Origin: Octopus vulgaris
Taxonomy: Eukaryota
Assembly: GCA_951406725.2 (NCBI GenBank)
Contig: OX597816.1
Coordinates: 182,032,001 to 182,096,000, forward strand
DNA length: 64,000 nucleotides
Reading direction: 5' to 3'
In this document: positions 1 through 12,779 of the stretch, piece after piece
Layout: each line of letters begins with the position of its first letter
Position numbering within the stretch: position 1 is the stretch's first letter
Position numbers and translations under genes: made by a program
The notes under the pieces: generated by a model
Databases searched by the model: none
Told to the model about the DNA's origin: nothing
What the model saw: only the letters and a program-made list of their open reading frames with translations

Positions 1-6
1 ATTGTT

Positions 7-52
7 GACACAATGTTTCGGCTGATATACCCTCCAGCCTTCATCAGGTATC
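7..52 (-). ncRNA. Minimal type I hammerhead ribozyme
   Basis: Minus strand: GATAC-CTGATGA-A-GGCTG(loop)CAGCC-GAA-ACAT-T-GTGTC. Stem I GATAC/GTGTC (one G-U pair); stem III ACAT, probably decayed from palindromic ACGT. Confidence 0.7.
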
Positions 53-278
53 TTGGGGAAATTTCGAACCTGGGTTCTCATTCCTAAGGCATTTTTCAAT
101 GTTATTAGGATTATTATTATCATTCAGGTCACTGCTTGGAATTGAACTTGGAATCTTGGGATTAAAAGCACAGGCTACTAACCCCAAGATTCTGAGTTCG
201 GTTCCAGGCAGTAACCTGAATAATAATAATATCAAAAAATTCCTTAGGAATGAGAACCCAGGTTTGAAATTTCCTCAA

Positions 279-321
279 GACACCTGATGAAGGCTGGAGG
301 GTGCATCAGCCGAAATGTGTT
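279..321 (+). ncRNA. Hammerhead ribozyme motif, stem III partly deleted
   Basis: GACAC-CTGATGA-A-GGCTG...CAGCC-GAAA-T-GTGTT; mirror of 7-52 but lacking 3 nt of stem III. Confidence 0.55.
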
Positions 322-926
322 CACAACAAACAAGATTAGGACAAATATCCATCAAATGTACATAATTCCTCATCTCTTAAATATAGAACCGAATATCTAA
401 GTTCCCTTGTTCGTTTTACATGTTTTCTTTTCTCTTATTTTACTGTCAGATGCTCTTCCTGTCACCAACTCTTACCATTCATTACAAGTTAGGGTTTGCT
501 TTTCCTTATTCCACCACTTCAAGGTCACAGAGCTACAGAATGTAATGTTCTCTGTGTATTATTTTGTTTTTCTCCCCAAACGACCTCATCCCAAGAAGCA
601 CATCCACACGCACAGATACAAGCAGTTTCCATATACCATTTCTACTTACAAAGCATCGGTCAACCCAAACCAATAGTAGAAGGCACTTGCTGTAGGTGCC
701 ACCCAGTTGAACTGAACCTAAAAACATAACTAACATTTATTTATTTTTGTTACAAGGATACGAGATGATGGTCATGGCCAGAACACCTTTGATCAGATTC
801 AATCTGGGGCTCTAGAATAAATAGTTTGTGTAAAATATTTTGTTTATGACTCATGAATTTTTGGATTTACAGACTGAATCCTTAAATGTGATTCTTTGGA
901 TGAGTCTTATGGACTCGTAAGGCATA

Positions 927-1253
927 GTCAGTCATTTGACTGTGGCTATGCTGGAGCACTGCTTTGAAGGGTTTTAGTCGACCCACGACTTATTTTTCAA
1001 GCCTAGTATTCTATCGGTCTCTTCTGCTGAACCACTAAATCATACAGGGATGTAAACACTCCAGCAGTGATGGAGGTCACACACATATATACGACGGGCT
1101 TCTTTCAATTCCCGTCCACCAAATCCACTCACAAGGCTTTGGTCGGCCTGAGGCAATAGTAGATGACACTTGCCCAAGGTGCCACACAGTGAGAGTGAAC
1201 CCAGAACCATGTGGTTCGTAAGCAAGCTTCTAACAACACAGCCACGCCTGTGC
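927..1253 (-). mobile_element. tRNA-derived octopus-type SINE
   Basis: Minus-strand head GGCGTGGCTGTGTTGTTAGAAGCTTGCTT...GGTTCTGGGTTCA and tail CCAGCATAGCCACAGTCAAATGACTGA; homologous to copies at 18355-18760 and 23434-23805. Confidence 0.8.
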
Positions 1254-2489
1254 GTATATAAACTAAAATAGAATTTAATTAAAAACAGTTGACTGAATTT
1301 TAGCCATCAGTTGTCGACAACGTTTTTCAAATGCACTCTAAAACGGTTTTCAGTTTAATTTATTTTAATAGTCATCGTGTTTAAACAATGGCTGTAAAAT
1401 ATACAACACGTATTGTCGGCTGTTAAAATACTTTTATATATGGCCAGCTTTGATAGCGTAGTCCGAGCGTATGCTTGTTAATTTCCAACTATTTAACTGA
1501 TCCTGGAAGAATGAACGACGGAGCCAAAGATTTCTACAGAACACGTAAAGGGACATAACCCAGTATCACCAGGCATTTCTTTTATCGCCCACTGCAAATT
1601 CGTGTGAAAAGAGTATTGGTTTGTTAGTTATTTTAAACAGTGATTGTAGACACTTGGGCTTCCTTCGTCCGGTTAAATAATAAATATGAAATAATTGATT
1701 TAGTAACATTGTTTTTGTTATGCATCCACTTTTCCATTTTCGCATGAGCAAGCATTATGGACCTTGTTCATACGTGCACTAGAATGGCTATAGTAAAAAA
1801 AATTGAAATTTCTGTCCATGAGCAGCAGCTTAATCACGCAGTTAATTTAAATTAAGGTTTCAATATTTATGCTTGGCAGTTAACATGTCGTGATGGATGT
1901 TTACGAAGTAGGAATTTGGAGTAACTTAAGGTTACTTCTTGGTCTGCCAGAAATGACTTCTCTCAAAACACCCTACTGACACATTGGATAGTATAGTCCG
2001 AGATACATAATGCCTGCCTATTGATAAAGATGAATATTTTTGAGCTTCTTTTGTCTCTAGTCTAAACAAAAGAAACCTCTAGATGATGGGTGCCTGTGGG
2101 GAGGGTGGTGTTGGAGAGGTAAGGGCAAGTGCGGCAGATCAACCAGATCTCTCGCAAATCAGACCCTACTCTCTTGGAAAGAGGGGGATATAGTACGTCG
2201 ATTATTGTAGTCCAAGATACACATTGTCTCTGTCTTTACCTTTTTAGCATTACATAATCATGATTAGAACGACTTTCACCAACTCGGAACAACAGAAGCC
2301 TCTACAGAGTTACTTGGTCTTCAAGAAATATCCGCTAAATCTCTCACAAATCACACCATAATGTAGTCCTATATGTTGGAAAGAGAAGGGACGTTTATAT
2401 CTGGAATGAAATAAATACTTTTGATTGACCAGGGGTTGAAAACAAAAGTACAACTTTTGATATATATATCCACACACACATACATACAT

Positions 2490-3340
2490 ACTGGATCTTC
2501 CCAACCCAGCTCGTTCACCTGCTCCTGTCCACGCTGCCGCACTTGCCCTTACCTCTCCAACACCACCCTCCCCACAGGCACCCATCATCGACCTTATCAT
2601 ATCACTGACTCCTGCACCTGCACTTCTAGCAACCTCATCTCCTGCTCTCTCTCAGTCAAACAGAATGCTGTTTGGCTGACTGGTTTGTAGAACACCTCCG
2701 AGATATCCGACTCGGTAACGGCACCCCAGTCTCGAGCCATTTCCACTCTACTGGTCACTTTTTACAACACCTGTGTTCGGATTGTCCTTGCACAAGGACC
2801 ATCCAGACTCCCATCTTCACCGTGAGTAGGGATTAATCTCACTTCGTTCCTTTGCACCACATGGGCTCAACTCTCCTCCTCTCCTCCCTTTCACACCTAC
2901 TTCCTCTCTTCACTCCTACCCACCTTCCTTAGACCCCACTCTCGCCTCCCTCACACACTAGCATTGACCACTTCCCAAAACCTACACCATCATCTACACA
3001 TGCATATATGCATACGTCAATGTCACTAGCCTCCTTCCACACACATATACAAGCTCTCACATGCACGTGCACCTTTGTTTTGGGATCACCACTACTTTAT
3101 TATCTCCCCTTCTTAGCTCTCCTGTGTGACCCCTCTGTCCAGCATTCACCTTGATAGATTGCTAGCCACTATTCTTTTTTGTATTTTCTCTCCCTGTTTA
3201 TTTCTGTGTTCCTTTCTGTTCAAGAGTGTAGGCTCGAAACATAAAAGACTTTCTCACTTCCTGAGCGTTAAACTAATACATCTGTTTGTTGTTTACACAC
3301 CCATCTTTTGTTTTTTTTTTGTAAATTCTCACTATATATA
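2490..3340 (+). mobile_element. Penelope-like element 3' remnant (Neptune-like): Cys-rich linker, decayed GIY-YIG endonuclease, pyrimidine-rich UTR and terminal repeat
   Basis: Translation CSCPRCRTCPY...ITDSCTCTSSNLISC, then in another frame QT...LADWFVEHLRDIRLGNGTPVSSHFHSTGH. Degenerate hammerhead at 3212-3247; ends in (TA)n. Confidence 0.75.
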
Positions 3341-3375
3341 TGTATATGTATTTATATATATATATATATATATAT

Positions 3376-3585
3376 GGCAAGCTGGCAGGATCGTTAGCAC
3401 ACCGGCTGAAATGCTTAGCGGTATTTCATCTGCAGTTATATTCTGAGTTTAAATTCCGCCGAGGTTGACTTTGCCTTTCATCCTTTTGAGGTCGATTAAA
3501 AAGTACCAGTTACACACTGTGGTCAATGTAATTGACTTAATCCCTTTGTCCTCTCTATGTTTAGCCCCCCTGTGGGCAATAAAGA
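3376..3585 (+). mobile_element. tRNA-derived SINE with Nin-like central domain
   Basis: GACTTTGCCTTTCATCCTTTTGAGGTCGATTAAAAAGTACCAG core; related copies near 24160-24340, 27360-27565 and 27960-28125 (-). Confidence 0.6.
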
Positions 3586-3607
3586 AATATATATATGTAT
3601 TTATATA

Positions 3608-4885
3608 CGAGGGACGTTCAATAAGTAATGCCCCTGACCCACTTCCCATAGCAGTAGAGCAACGAAACTTAGCACAGTTATTAGTCTTTTTCTACATAGG
3701 AACCACCCAGATTTACGCATTTCTCCCATCGTTTGATGCGACTCTGGAGACCGTTTTTGTAGCAGAACCCAGCTTGGTCCTCCAACCTCAACGTGACTTC
3801 AGAAATCAAGGCTGCATCATCTGGAAAACGCTTTCCTTTCAAAAACAACTTCATGATTGGGAAGAGGGGAAAATCAGAGGGTGCAAGGTCAGGAAAGTAG
3901 GGGGGATGGGGAGGAGTTCATAGCCATACGCCTGTGCTTCTGATCTGGCGACAAGCGAATTGTGGACCGGAGCGTTGTCCTGCAGGAGGAGGATGCCTTT
4001 GCTGATCTTGCCTCGCCTCTTGATTTTGATAACTTCTCTTAATTTCCTCAAAAGTGAAGCATAATAGGCTCCTGCAATTGTGGTACCCTTTGCCAGGAAA
4101 TCTGTCATCACTACTCCGTCCTGGTCCCAGAAGACTGAGCATGACCTTGCCAGCGGAGGGCTGCACCCTTGCCTTCTTTGGAGGGGGTGAGTCACGGTGC
4201 TTCCACTGCATTGACTGGGCTTTGGTCTCTGGATCATCGTGATGGACCCAGGTTTCATCCTGTGTAATCAGTCTTTTGAAAAATTTTGACTCATCTTCTT
4301 GGCACATCTCCAAATTCACCCTCGAGCACTCGACGCGTTCTTGCTTCTGGAAAGGCATGAGCAACCTGGGAATCCATCTGGCAGACACCTTTTGCATATG
4401 CAAATGGTCATGAATGATAGTTTCCACTAATCTTGACCTCATGGGCTATTTGGCGAATAATTATGCGTCGATCATCCAAAATGGCAGCCTCAACTTGACG
4501 GACAGATGCCTCATCAATGGCAGAAGGGGGCGCCCAGATCTGGGAGCTGTTTCCACAGAGTTCCGACCATGTTTGAATTCACGATGCTAGCGTTTTACAA
4601 GGTCATATGATGGGGCATCATCACCATAAATTACTTTCATTTCATCAAAAGTCTCCCGTGGTGTGCGTCCTTTCAAATACAAAAACCGGATCACTGCTCG
4701 ACACTCAACAGGCTCCATTTCACACTTAACTCAGTTCAAACACCTGTAAATCAGAAACCACAATTCGCTCAGAGCTGTAATTTGCCACTTACTCTATAGA
4801 GATATAAATGATTGCACATGCAAAATTTCAGCAAGATCAAACAACTGCAAGTGGGTCAGAGGCATTACTTATTGAACGTCCCTCG
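3608..4885 (-). mobile_element. Full-length mariner DNA transposon (decayed)
   Basis: TIRs CGAGGGACGTTCAATAAGTAATGCC(C/T)CTGACCCACTT at both ends; TA duplications at 3606-3607 and 4886-4887. Confidence 0.95.
3682..4718 (-). pseudogene. Mariner DD34D-type transposase pseudogene
   Basis: Starts MEPVECRAVIRFLYLKG with an early stop. Motifs WIPRLL, ITQDETW, QDNAPVH and PDLAPSDF are spread over frameshifted ORFs 3918-4442 and 3851-4258. Confidence 0.92.
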
Positions 4886-5821
4886 TACCAGCATGGACAA
4901 CGGACATTAAATAATGATGATATATATATATATATATATATACAAGCGGAGTTCAAAATTCACAACAGCTGTTTCAGCAGTATGTTATTGATGCATTCTT
5001 AGATTACATCATGGCAAAAAACTTGCCATCATCAGGTAAATTTCAAACTTATAAATAGGTGAAGCAGGAATAGAAGGTGACCATTTCACCAACAACCATG
5101 GTGGAACAAGTGAAATTTTAAGGCAATACAACAGAATTTATAGAGGATGTGGGTCAGAAACACAGAGGGCAACTTGTTCAAAGCTACTTAATTTTCAAGT
5201 TGCTATCTTAATTAGTTTATAGCTCTAACCAAAGAAAGATATCACTTACAAACTTTTTTTTGAGATTTCCAGCAATGTCCTATAAAATATATTCATCTCT
5301 CTAATGACTTCAGTGATTACAAAATGACTGCTATACAGCATTGTTGGATGCTTTGCAGAATGTCTTATAGCATGCAGATGTAAGCAACATCAAGATTGTC
5401 TCCAGTATGCGAATGAGGGAAGTTGTATGTGGTTACTTGATCTGCTAGAAATAATAGCCAAATATCTCTCTACTGTAAGAAATACAACTGACGATGAGAT
5501 ACTTAGGAAGGGATATATATTAGATAATGTAGTTGCAGAAGCTCCTAAAAAGACAGGATGGTCATGACTAGAATTCCTTTCATTTTAGATCTACTCAATA
5601 AGGGTTGAACATAGTTATTTGATAAATTGACTATGGGAAGCAACTCTGCGTGTCTTAAAAATAATTGAATGAGAAACAGACGTTAAGGGAAACATGAGTG
5701 AGTTTAAGATTTATTCTCGTAATATTTACTTGTATAATTTACGCTAAAATAATAGTTTAATTTTTTTCAAAAGATTATTTTGACTTAAAACTTTGCTCTG
5801 ATAAATATTTTAAATTATATT

Positions 5822-7226
5822 TTACAATGTTTTATACAAAAGAAATGTCGAAACAGTTTCTTCTCTAATTTTTGCTTTCCTCCTCCAAGTGATTGAAATA
5901 ATGAACTTTAGCTTTTTATCAAAAGTGTTAAACATTCGACGAATAATCCAAAAAGATACATTCTTGATTAGTCTACATCTTTCAGTGGAGATTTTGCGGT
6001 CAAAATACATACATATTATCAATATAACGAATGTATTCAGAAAGTTTACGAAAGCAAGCGAGAGAGAAGTTCCATGCGATCGCTCGATCTGCTGGAAATA
6101 GCAATCAAATTTCTCTGCCGCCTTGAAAGAAAAGGACATTGAATAACGTAGACCTTGATACATTGCCGGAAAATAAAATAGGATGGTCATGGCTGGAACA
6201 CATAAGTCAATTTCTTTATTAACCATAAGGTTGAGAAAAAGAGGGGACAAAACAAACGTTGGGGGTCAGGGGATCGAATGAGACGAAACCTATGAATAAA
6301 CAAACAATTAAAATATAGGATATAAACAACAACTCACTTTCTTGTGCTGTTTCAAAGCTAAATAGTTAATGTTTGGAAGTTCGAGTTTGGATAATTCTGT
6401 ATATTGCTGTGAAAGGAAGAACCTGACGGTTCAGTAAGACTCATTAAAGAGAGAGATTTATAGATTTAGTTTTTTCTCTCTCAGTCTCTAAACGTCTAAA
6501 CACAAAATCACAAACTTCATTCTATAATTTTGGTTAAGGTTGATTACGACCAATTTTCCCTGGTCTCTGTTTTTCGGCAATTACGGCGTAATATTTGACT
6601 TGACTCAACCACAATCAGTGAAGAAAGTTGAACGGAGAAACAATCCCATCTTTGTCCGTGATATTCTACTATGTTACTAGAAAAACATACTTAGCCCTTA
6701 ATAACAATGCAACTAGCTTTAAATGAGGGTGTCCTTACCAGTGACCGGTAATAAAATCACAGGAAAAAAAGTCAGTTATAAAGTCACAATTTTGGCTAGG
6801 AAAAAACCCCCACAATTTATGGGATTCGAACAAAACCTTAATCATCATCGTTTAACGTCCGCTTTCCCTGCTAGCATGGGTTGGACGATTTGACCGAGGA
6901 GTGGCGAATCAGGCTCCAGTCTGACCTGGCAGAGCTCCTAACGCCAACCACTCCGAGAGTGTAGTGAGTGCTTTTGCGTGCCATTGGCACGAGGGCCAGT
7001 CAGGCGGTACTGGCAATGACCATGCTCAGATGGTGTCTCTTTTCGTGCCACCTGCACAGGAGCAAGTCTAGTGGCACTGGCAATGACCTCACTCGAATGT
7101 TTTTTCACGTGGACAAAACCGACTTTTTTTCCTGTGACTTTTTTTTTTACCTAGATTCGTCTATATGTAGTCTTCCACCTGCTAGAAATAGCACCAGATT
7201 ATCTTTGAAATTGTATTCGCACAACC
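5822..7226 (-). CDS. Candidate exons of an unidentified minus-strand gene (7151-7226, 6338-6406, 5822-6121)
   Basis: Good polypyrimidine-AG acceptors and GT donors. 6338-6406 (QYTELSKLELPNINYLALKQHKK) splices in frame to 6121-5822 (AAEKFDCY...hydrophobic stretch...stop). The phase link to 7151-7226 is unresolved. Confidence 0.3.
6840..7110 (-). mobile_element. RTE-tail repeat (3' UTR-derived, (GAT)n tail)
   Basis: CATCATCGTTTAACGTCCGCTTTCC...GCATGGGTTGGACG matches the 3' UTR of the RTE at 45198-47300. Further copies near 11395-11650, 11850-12142, 14210-14395, 14908-15090, 21165-21300, 26430-26890, 34510-34710, 53155-53390 and 60668-60950. Confidence 0.8.
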
Positions 7227-8394
7227 CTAAAAGTGGGAAAACACTTTGGATTATGTAGTCATAGATATATTGTGTCAGAAAAAAAAATACGAGGGCCTTA
7301 GTTGGAATTCTAATTATTTTGGATATTATGCAGTTATACTGAGTCAATTTTTTAGCATTGCCATCAGGTGAAAATTATGACGATAGTCAGATGACGAAAA
7401 CTGCAATATTTTTGGCCACTTAATCAGACAACAACCGCTAATTACTTCCTCAGGATCTAGGTGAACAGAGCGATGACATCAAAGACTGGATGGTGCGAAC
7501 CTGGCATGGTGTATGGCTGCAGCACGAGAATGTTGTACGTGTTGAGGAGTGGTGGCTATGTTTGAGGCCCCCAACCCTCAGCCATGAGGACTGACATAGT
7601 CATTCATTAATTCAAGTCAATCACTTAGAATGTAATCTTAATCGAACTATGTAGTAATGCTTAATGGGCTTTACAGGTCGATACTAATACATGCTTTTTT
7701 ATTAAATCATATGAGAAAAATCATAAATAAATGTATAACCTTACAGTGATACAGTTCACCACTAGGTTCCTCGCTAATTTGGTAGTAAAGGACTAAAATC
7801 TCTTTGAATCAGAAGAGTCAGTTTATCAAATCTTCACTGTGGATAAAATAAACACTGCTTAAGATTAAACAAAAATGACGCACTTGCAACAAAGCTAAAT
7901 GGAATCACTTACTCTGCCAAATTTCCCTCAAATCATATTTCATTGTCAAAAAAATTGAGTTACAACATTGTGTAATCTAGTTTGATAGATTATACGATGT
8001 GTTTGTAAACACTTGGGATGGCCATGATTAGAAAGTCTTTGATCATAGGTTTTCTCTGATCAAACATATACATGAATTAAACAGGTCATCCCATCATATG
8101 TAAGGACTTTTATTGATAACCATATATTCAACACTACTTTGATCTCGTCAAAAGCAGCCTTGGCATGTCCAGTCTTTGACTTAATTTCTTAATATATATT
8201 AATGTAAAAAGGAAAGTCTAGGACCTCATTATCTAATATAATATAATGGGATGTAAATCTCAGAAAGGTAGTTATGATTGATTCAGTTTGATTTTTTGCC
8301 AAAATAGATTCCTTCCCTATATTGAAGATAATTTGCAGGAAGGTCGTCCAGTTATATATGACTCTGTACTATCACACATAGTTCTAATAACACA

Positions 8395-8784
8395 GGGACG
8401 GATAGATGAAAATTTTCATGGTCACATAACCCCTAACATTTGGCCTCCTAATGCCCCAGATCTCAATCCACTGGACTATTACATGTGGAGCGTTGTTTCG
8501 ATAGAGGTCAATGAACATGCCTATAACACCAAAGATTCTTTGAAAGCTGCCATAGTCAGAGTAATGTCCAAAATGAACCAGGACCACTTGATCCGAGCAT
8601 GTAGATGATTTAGATCTCATATAGAAGCAGTTGTTGAAGCTGAAAGTGGCTTTATTGAATAACATTACAGAAAAGAAGGTTTATTTTTATCCTCATAGCA
8701 TTTTTTGAAAAAATAAAATTATCTGTTTTTATATATCTGTATTTTATAAACATAAATGTGTCCTCAAAAATCTTATGCACCCTG
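8395..8784 (+). mobile_element. Tc1/mariner-superfamily transposase 3' fragment with right TIR
   Basis: WPPNAPDLNPLDYYMWS motif in ORF 8288-8608; ends ...TATGCACCCTG|TA. Confidence 0.8.
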
Positions 8785-8786
8785 TA

Positions 8787-8970
<184 letters not shown>

Positions 8971-10731
8971 TCTAATATATAAATCCCATTCTGTTTGTCT
9001 GTCTGTTTGTGTGCTTATAACTCGAGTATTGTTCATCCAATTGCACTGAATTTTTAAACATGGATATATGAGAGAGCAGGGCATTCTGTAATCTAAAAGG
9101 ATTTTCAAAATTGTCAGTTTCAAAGTGAGAATCGCTATTTTTGTAATCTTTTTGTCCTGTTTCTTCTGCCATCCTGTTCATCAACCGACGTTCTAAACAA
9201 TTCATTTCTATGTTTTCTCATTTAAATGACAGATATATGTAAATAAAGCTTGCTATTTGTAAATACAGTCTCATTTTGATTTAAATATTAGACCACAAAC
9301 AACTGTATTCATTTCTACATTTTCACATGTTTGTAAGCAGCTAAAAAAATCGATATCGCTCTAACTTTAATTAACTGTAATCAACCATGTGCATTCACAT
9401 TCTAATGTGTTCTTATATCTGTTTTCCGTGCAATAAACCAGCTGACATGAAAAATTACTAGGAAAAGGCAGTTACTTTAAGTGAGCAAATAAGTGAAAAT
9501 AAAGCAAATAAATAACTGGGGATTACTCTATTTTCTGAAAATATTCAATAAAATTCAGTTGAAAGTAGAAAAGATTAATTGATTGCTTATAAAACGTGAA
9601 AAATTTGGCGGGGGGGGGGTTACATCTAAATTTGCCTAATGCTCCTCATCCAACTTTAAAAAATAAGCAGTATTTGTTCAGTTTTTGAGATAAAATTGAT
9701 TTGCAAAGAACATGCATCGTTATTTTATTGCACATTGTGTTATTCCACCCCCCGAGTTTCAACTCTTTTTGTGTCAGTTTTTGAGAGAAGAGAGAGACTT
9801 ACCTAAGCATTTTTGCGCCTTTATTGAGTAGCAGTTTTTGTTTGCTTGTCCATTGGGTGATTAAAACTTCCATTTATATTTTTATTCGAAACTAATGTTA
9901 CTTATCCCGTAGTTCTTATGACTACACCAGTGAAAATCAAACTATAATACATGAAGCAATAGTCGTCAAATGCAAAAGCCAAAGAACTGTTTATTGCTTA
10001 GATATCACTTGCAATATTCACTTTGGAGATAAAACAGCATTCAGTCTGATATAAAGGTGTCAACAATGAGGTACGTACTATGCAAGAGTACATTGCGCTT
10101 ATTCTGATGTGAAAATGTTTGAGTGCAAAAAGTTTAAGGTTAATTATGATGTCCGATTCCACTGGAAGTTGTATATATTGTGGGCTGAACAGCTTTCCTT
10201 CATTTTATTGGCCTCATGACAATTTTGAAAAGTTCACTGTGTTAAGATTCACTATCAATCAATTTTCCTTATTTATAAGAAACAGTCAACAGTTTTAACA
10301 TCTCAGGAATCTTTAATGCCCTAACCAAAAGTAACAACCCCATACAATCACCAAACTTAACACCATCCAAGTTAACCCTCTTCACCTATACAAACTGTCC
10401 AATGGACGGGTAGTTTGCTAGTATATATATATGTATATGTATGTAATTTAAATTCCCAATTCAACTTACTTTCTTCTTCAATTTCAACTCCCGATCGATG
10501 CCCGCAGCAAGTTCTTAAAAATTTATCTTACTATTTTTATTCGTTGTTACTACGTTTATTCATACATTGTTACGAAAATTTAACCTTTTAGGCTACTTTC
10601 AAGCCTTCGCCATAACTTGATTTATCTTTCCTATCTCTCTCTCTACAAAATTTAACCTTAGGCTACTTCAAGCCGTAATCCCATCTCTTCCCATCTTTCC
10701 GCCATTGGCGGTGCGCCCGCCCCCCCACCCC

Positions 10732-10920
10732 CACCACCAATACCGATGAACACTGTTCTCACCCCCACCACCAATACCGGTGAACACTGTTCTCACCGCC
10801 ACCACCACCAATACCGGTGAACACTGTTCTCACCCCCCACCACCAATACCAGTATACCCTGTTCTCACCATCTACACCGGATACGCCTTACTCATCTACA
10901 CCGGGTACGCCCTACTCCCT
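10732..10920 (+). repeat. Minisatellite of about 33 bp
   Basis: CCACCACCAATACCGGTGAACACTGTTCTCACC repeated about 4 times, then decaying units. Confidence 0.85.
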
Positions 10921-11323
10921 CCCCCTCCCCCCACTACCCCTTCTCCTCATATGCTTTCACTGTGAAAAGACAAGCTGCTAGCGCCATAGCTCATCAACTG
11001 CCCACCGATCTTACGCTTCCTCCTGACACTGCCTCATTCCGACCATCCTCTTTAGTACCCTCCCGCCTCGTAATATCCTACGTTTTTATTTCTTAGGAAC
11101 CTACACCAACCCTTCCTGCCATCGTTCCTCCTTACCCCAACCTTCCCCACTGGTTGTTCCCCTATATTACCCGCCTCAACTGGACCCCCCCTCCCCAACT
11201 CAACTCTAGAATATCTGTATTTCTTTCCTCTACCTAATTACGTTACTCAGTGACGATAAATGCTGTGACTACAAAGACCCGGGCTGCTTTCTGCAGCAAT
11301 TCCACATACCCCCTACCCATTCT

Positions 11324-11390
11324 AAGTACCCCGGATCCCCAAAGTACCCTGGATCCCCAAAGTACCCCGATCCCCAAAGTACCCCGGACC
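11324..11390 (+). repeat. Tandem repeat of about 18 bp
   Basis: AAGTACCCCGGATCCCCA(A) about 4 times. Confidence 0.85.
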
Positions 11391-11649
11391 TCGTTGCCCC
11401 CGTGCCGCTGACACGTTAAAATGCTCGAACCGATCGTGACGATGCCGGACCCTCCGGCCCCTGTGCAGGTGGCACGTAAAAAGCACCCAATCCACTCACG
11501 GAGTGGTTGGCGTTAGGAAGGGCATCCAGCCGTAGAAACTCTGCCAGATTCAGACTGGAGCCTGGTGCGGCCCCTGGCTTCCCAGACCCGGTCAAACCGT
11601 CCAACCCGTGCTAGCGCGGAAAGCGGACGTTAAACGATGATGATGATGA

Positions 11650-11699
<50 letters not shown>

Positions 11700-12394
11700 A
11701 GCATGACCTAATGCCAAAGGTCTCGGGCATTGCCTCCATGAGGCTCAACACTCAAAAGGAACTCAGCAAAGTGGCTGAGTTCCTTTCGAGTGTTGGACCT
11801 CATGGAGGCAATGACTGAGACCTTTGGCGTTATGTCATGCTTGAGAAGAAGACCCATCAAGCTGAGCAAAATTGCAGTCGTGGTAGATACCGGTGTCATG
11901 CAAACTGGCACCCATGCCAGTGGCATGTAAAAGCACTCCAGTGTCATGCAAATGGCACCTGTGCCGGTGGCACTTAAAGCACCCACTACACTCTCAGAGT
12001 GCTTGGTGTTAGGAAGGGCATCCAGCTGTAGAAAACCATGCCAAACCAGACTGAAGTCTGGTGCAGCCTTCCAGCATACCAGCCCTGTCAAACCTTCCAA
12101 TCCATGCCAGCATGGACAACTGATGTTAAATGATGATGATGTTTCATTTGCTAAAAGCAATTACAAAGTCTTACCTGTTAGATAGACATGTAAAGAAATT
12201 CTGAACATGTCTATCCAATAGGTAAAGCTTCATAATTCCAATTAGTAAATGAAATGCTTGTAATGTTGAATAAATAATACCAAAACATTTCTAATTTCAA
12301 AAATTCTAGCAGCAATTGAGACTGCATATTGGATGTTAACAATGGAATAAGCAGAATGCATTCAAAGAGGAAACAGCTGAGAATTACCCTAACT

Positions 12395-12778
12395 ACCTAC
12401 AGGGCCTTAGAGTTAATTTAGCAAAGATCAAAATGTGAAAACACAAGTCACAGCTCAGTTCAGAGAGACATCCCTGCTCAATATATAGAAAAGGTGTCAG
12501 GAGAAACACCATATGATGTACCCAGTGCAAGCTATGGACATACAACAGGTGTAGTAGGATCACTGGAAGACTAATAGAGAAAATAGTTTTTATATGTGGA
12601 AGATGTGCAGGTACATTAAATGCCAGGAATGTACAAAACATAAACTTCCTCAAGTATCAGGGGGTATCCTTAGAAGTAGTCGACAGTTTCTGTTACTTAG
12701 GCAACCAAGTTAGCAGTGGGGGTGGTTGTTTTGAAAGCATAGCCACTGAAATAAGAATTGGCTAGGCAAAGTTCAGTT
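12395..12778 (+). mobile_element. Decayed RTE LINE fragment (Cys-rich insert region)
   Basis: Homologous to 45660-46060 (CCCTGCTCAATATATAGAAAAGGTGT...CCCAGTGCAAGCTATGGACATAC). Confidence 0.75.
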
Positions 12779-12779
12779 C

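Larger units (their letters stand above)
1..390. mobile_element. Fold-back non-coding element; each arm has a tRNA-like segment followed by a hammerhead ribozyme motif (PLE/retrozyme-like)
   Basis: About 1-160 is the imperfect reverse complement of about 180-330. Box-B-like GAGTTCGGTTCC at about 194-205; CTGATGA...GAAA cores in both arms. Confidence 0.7.
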
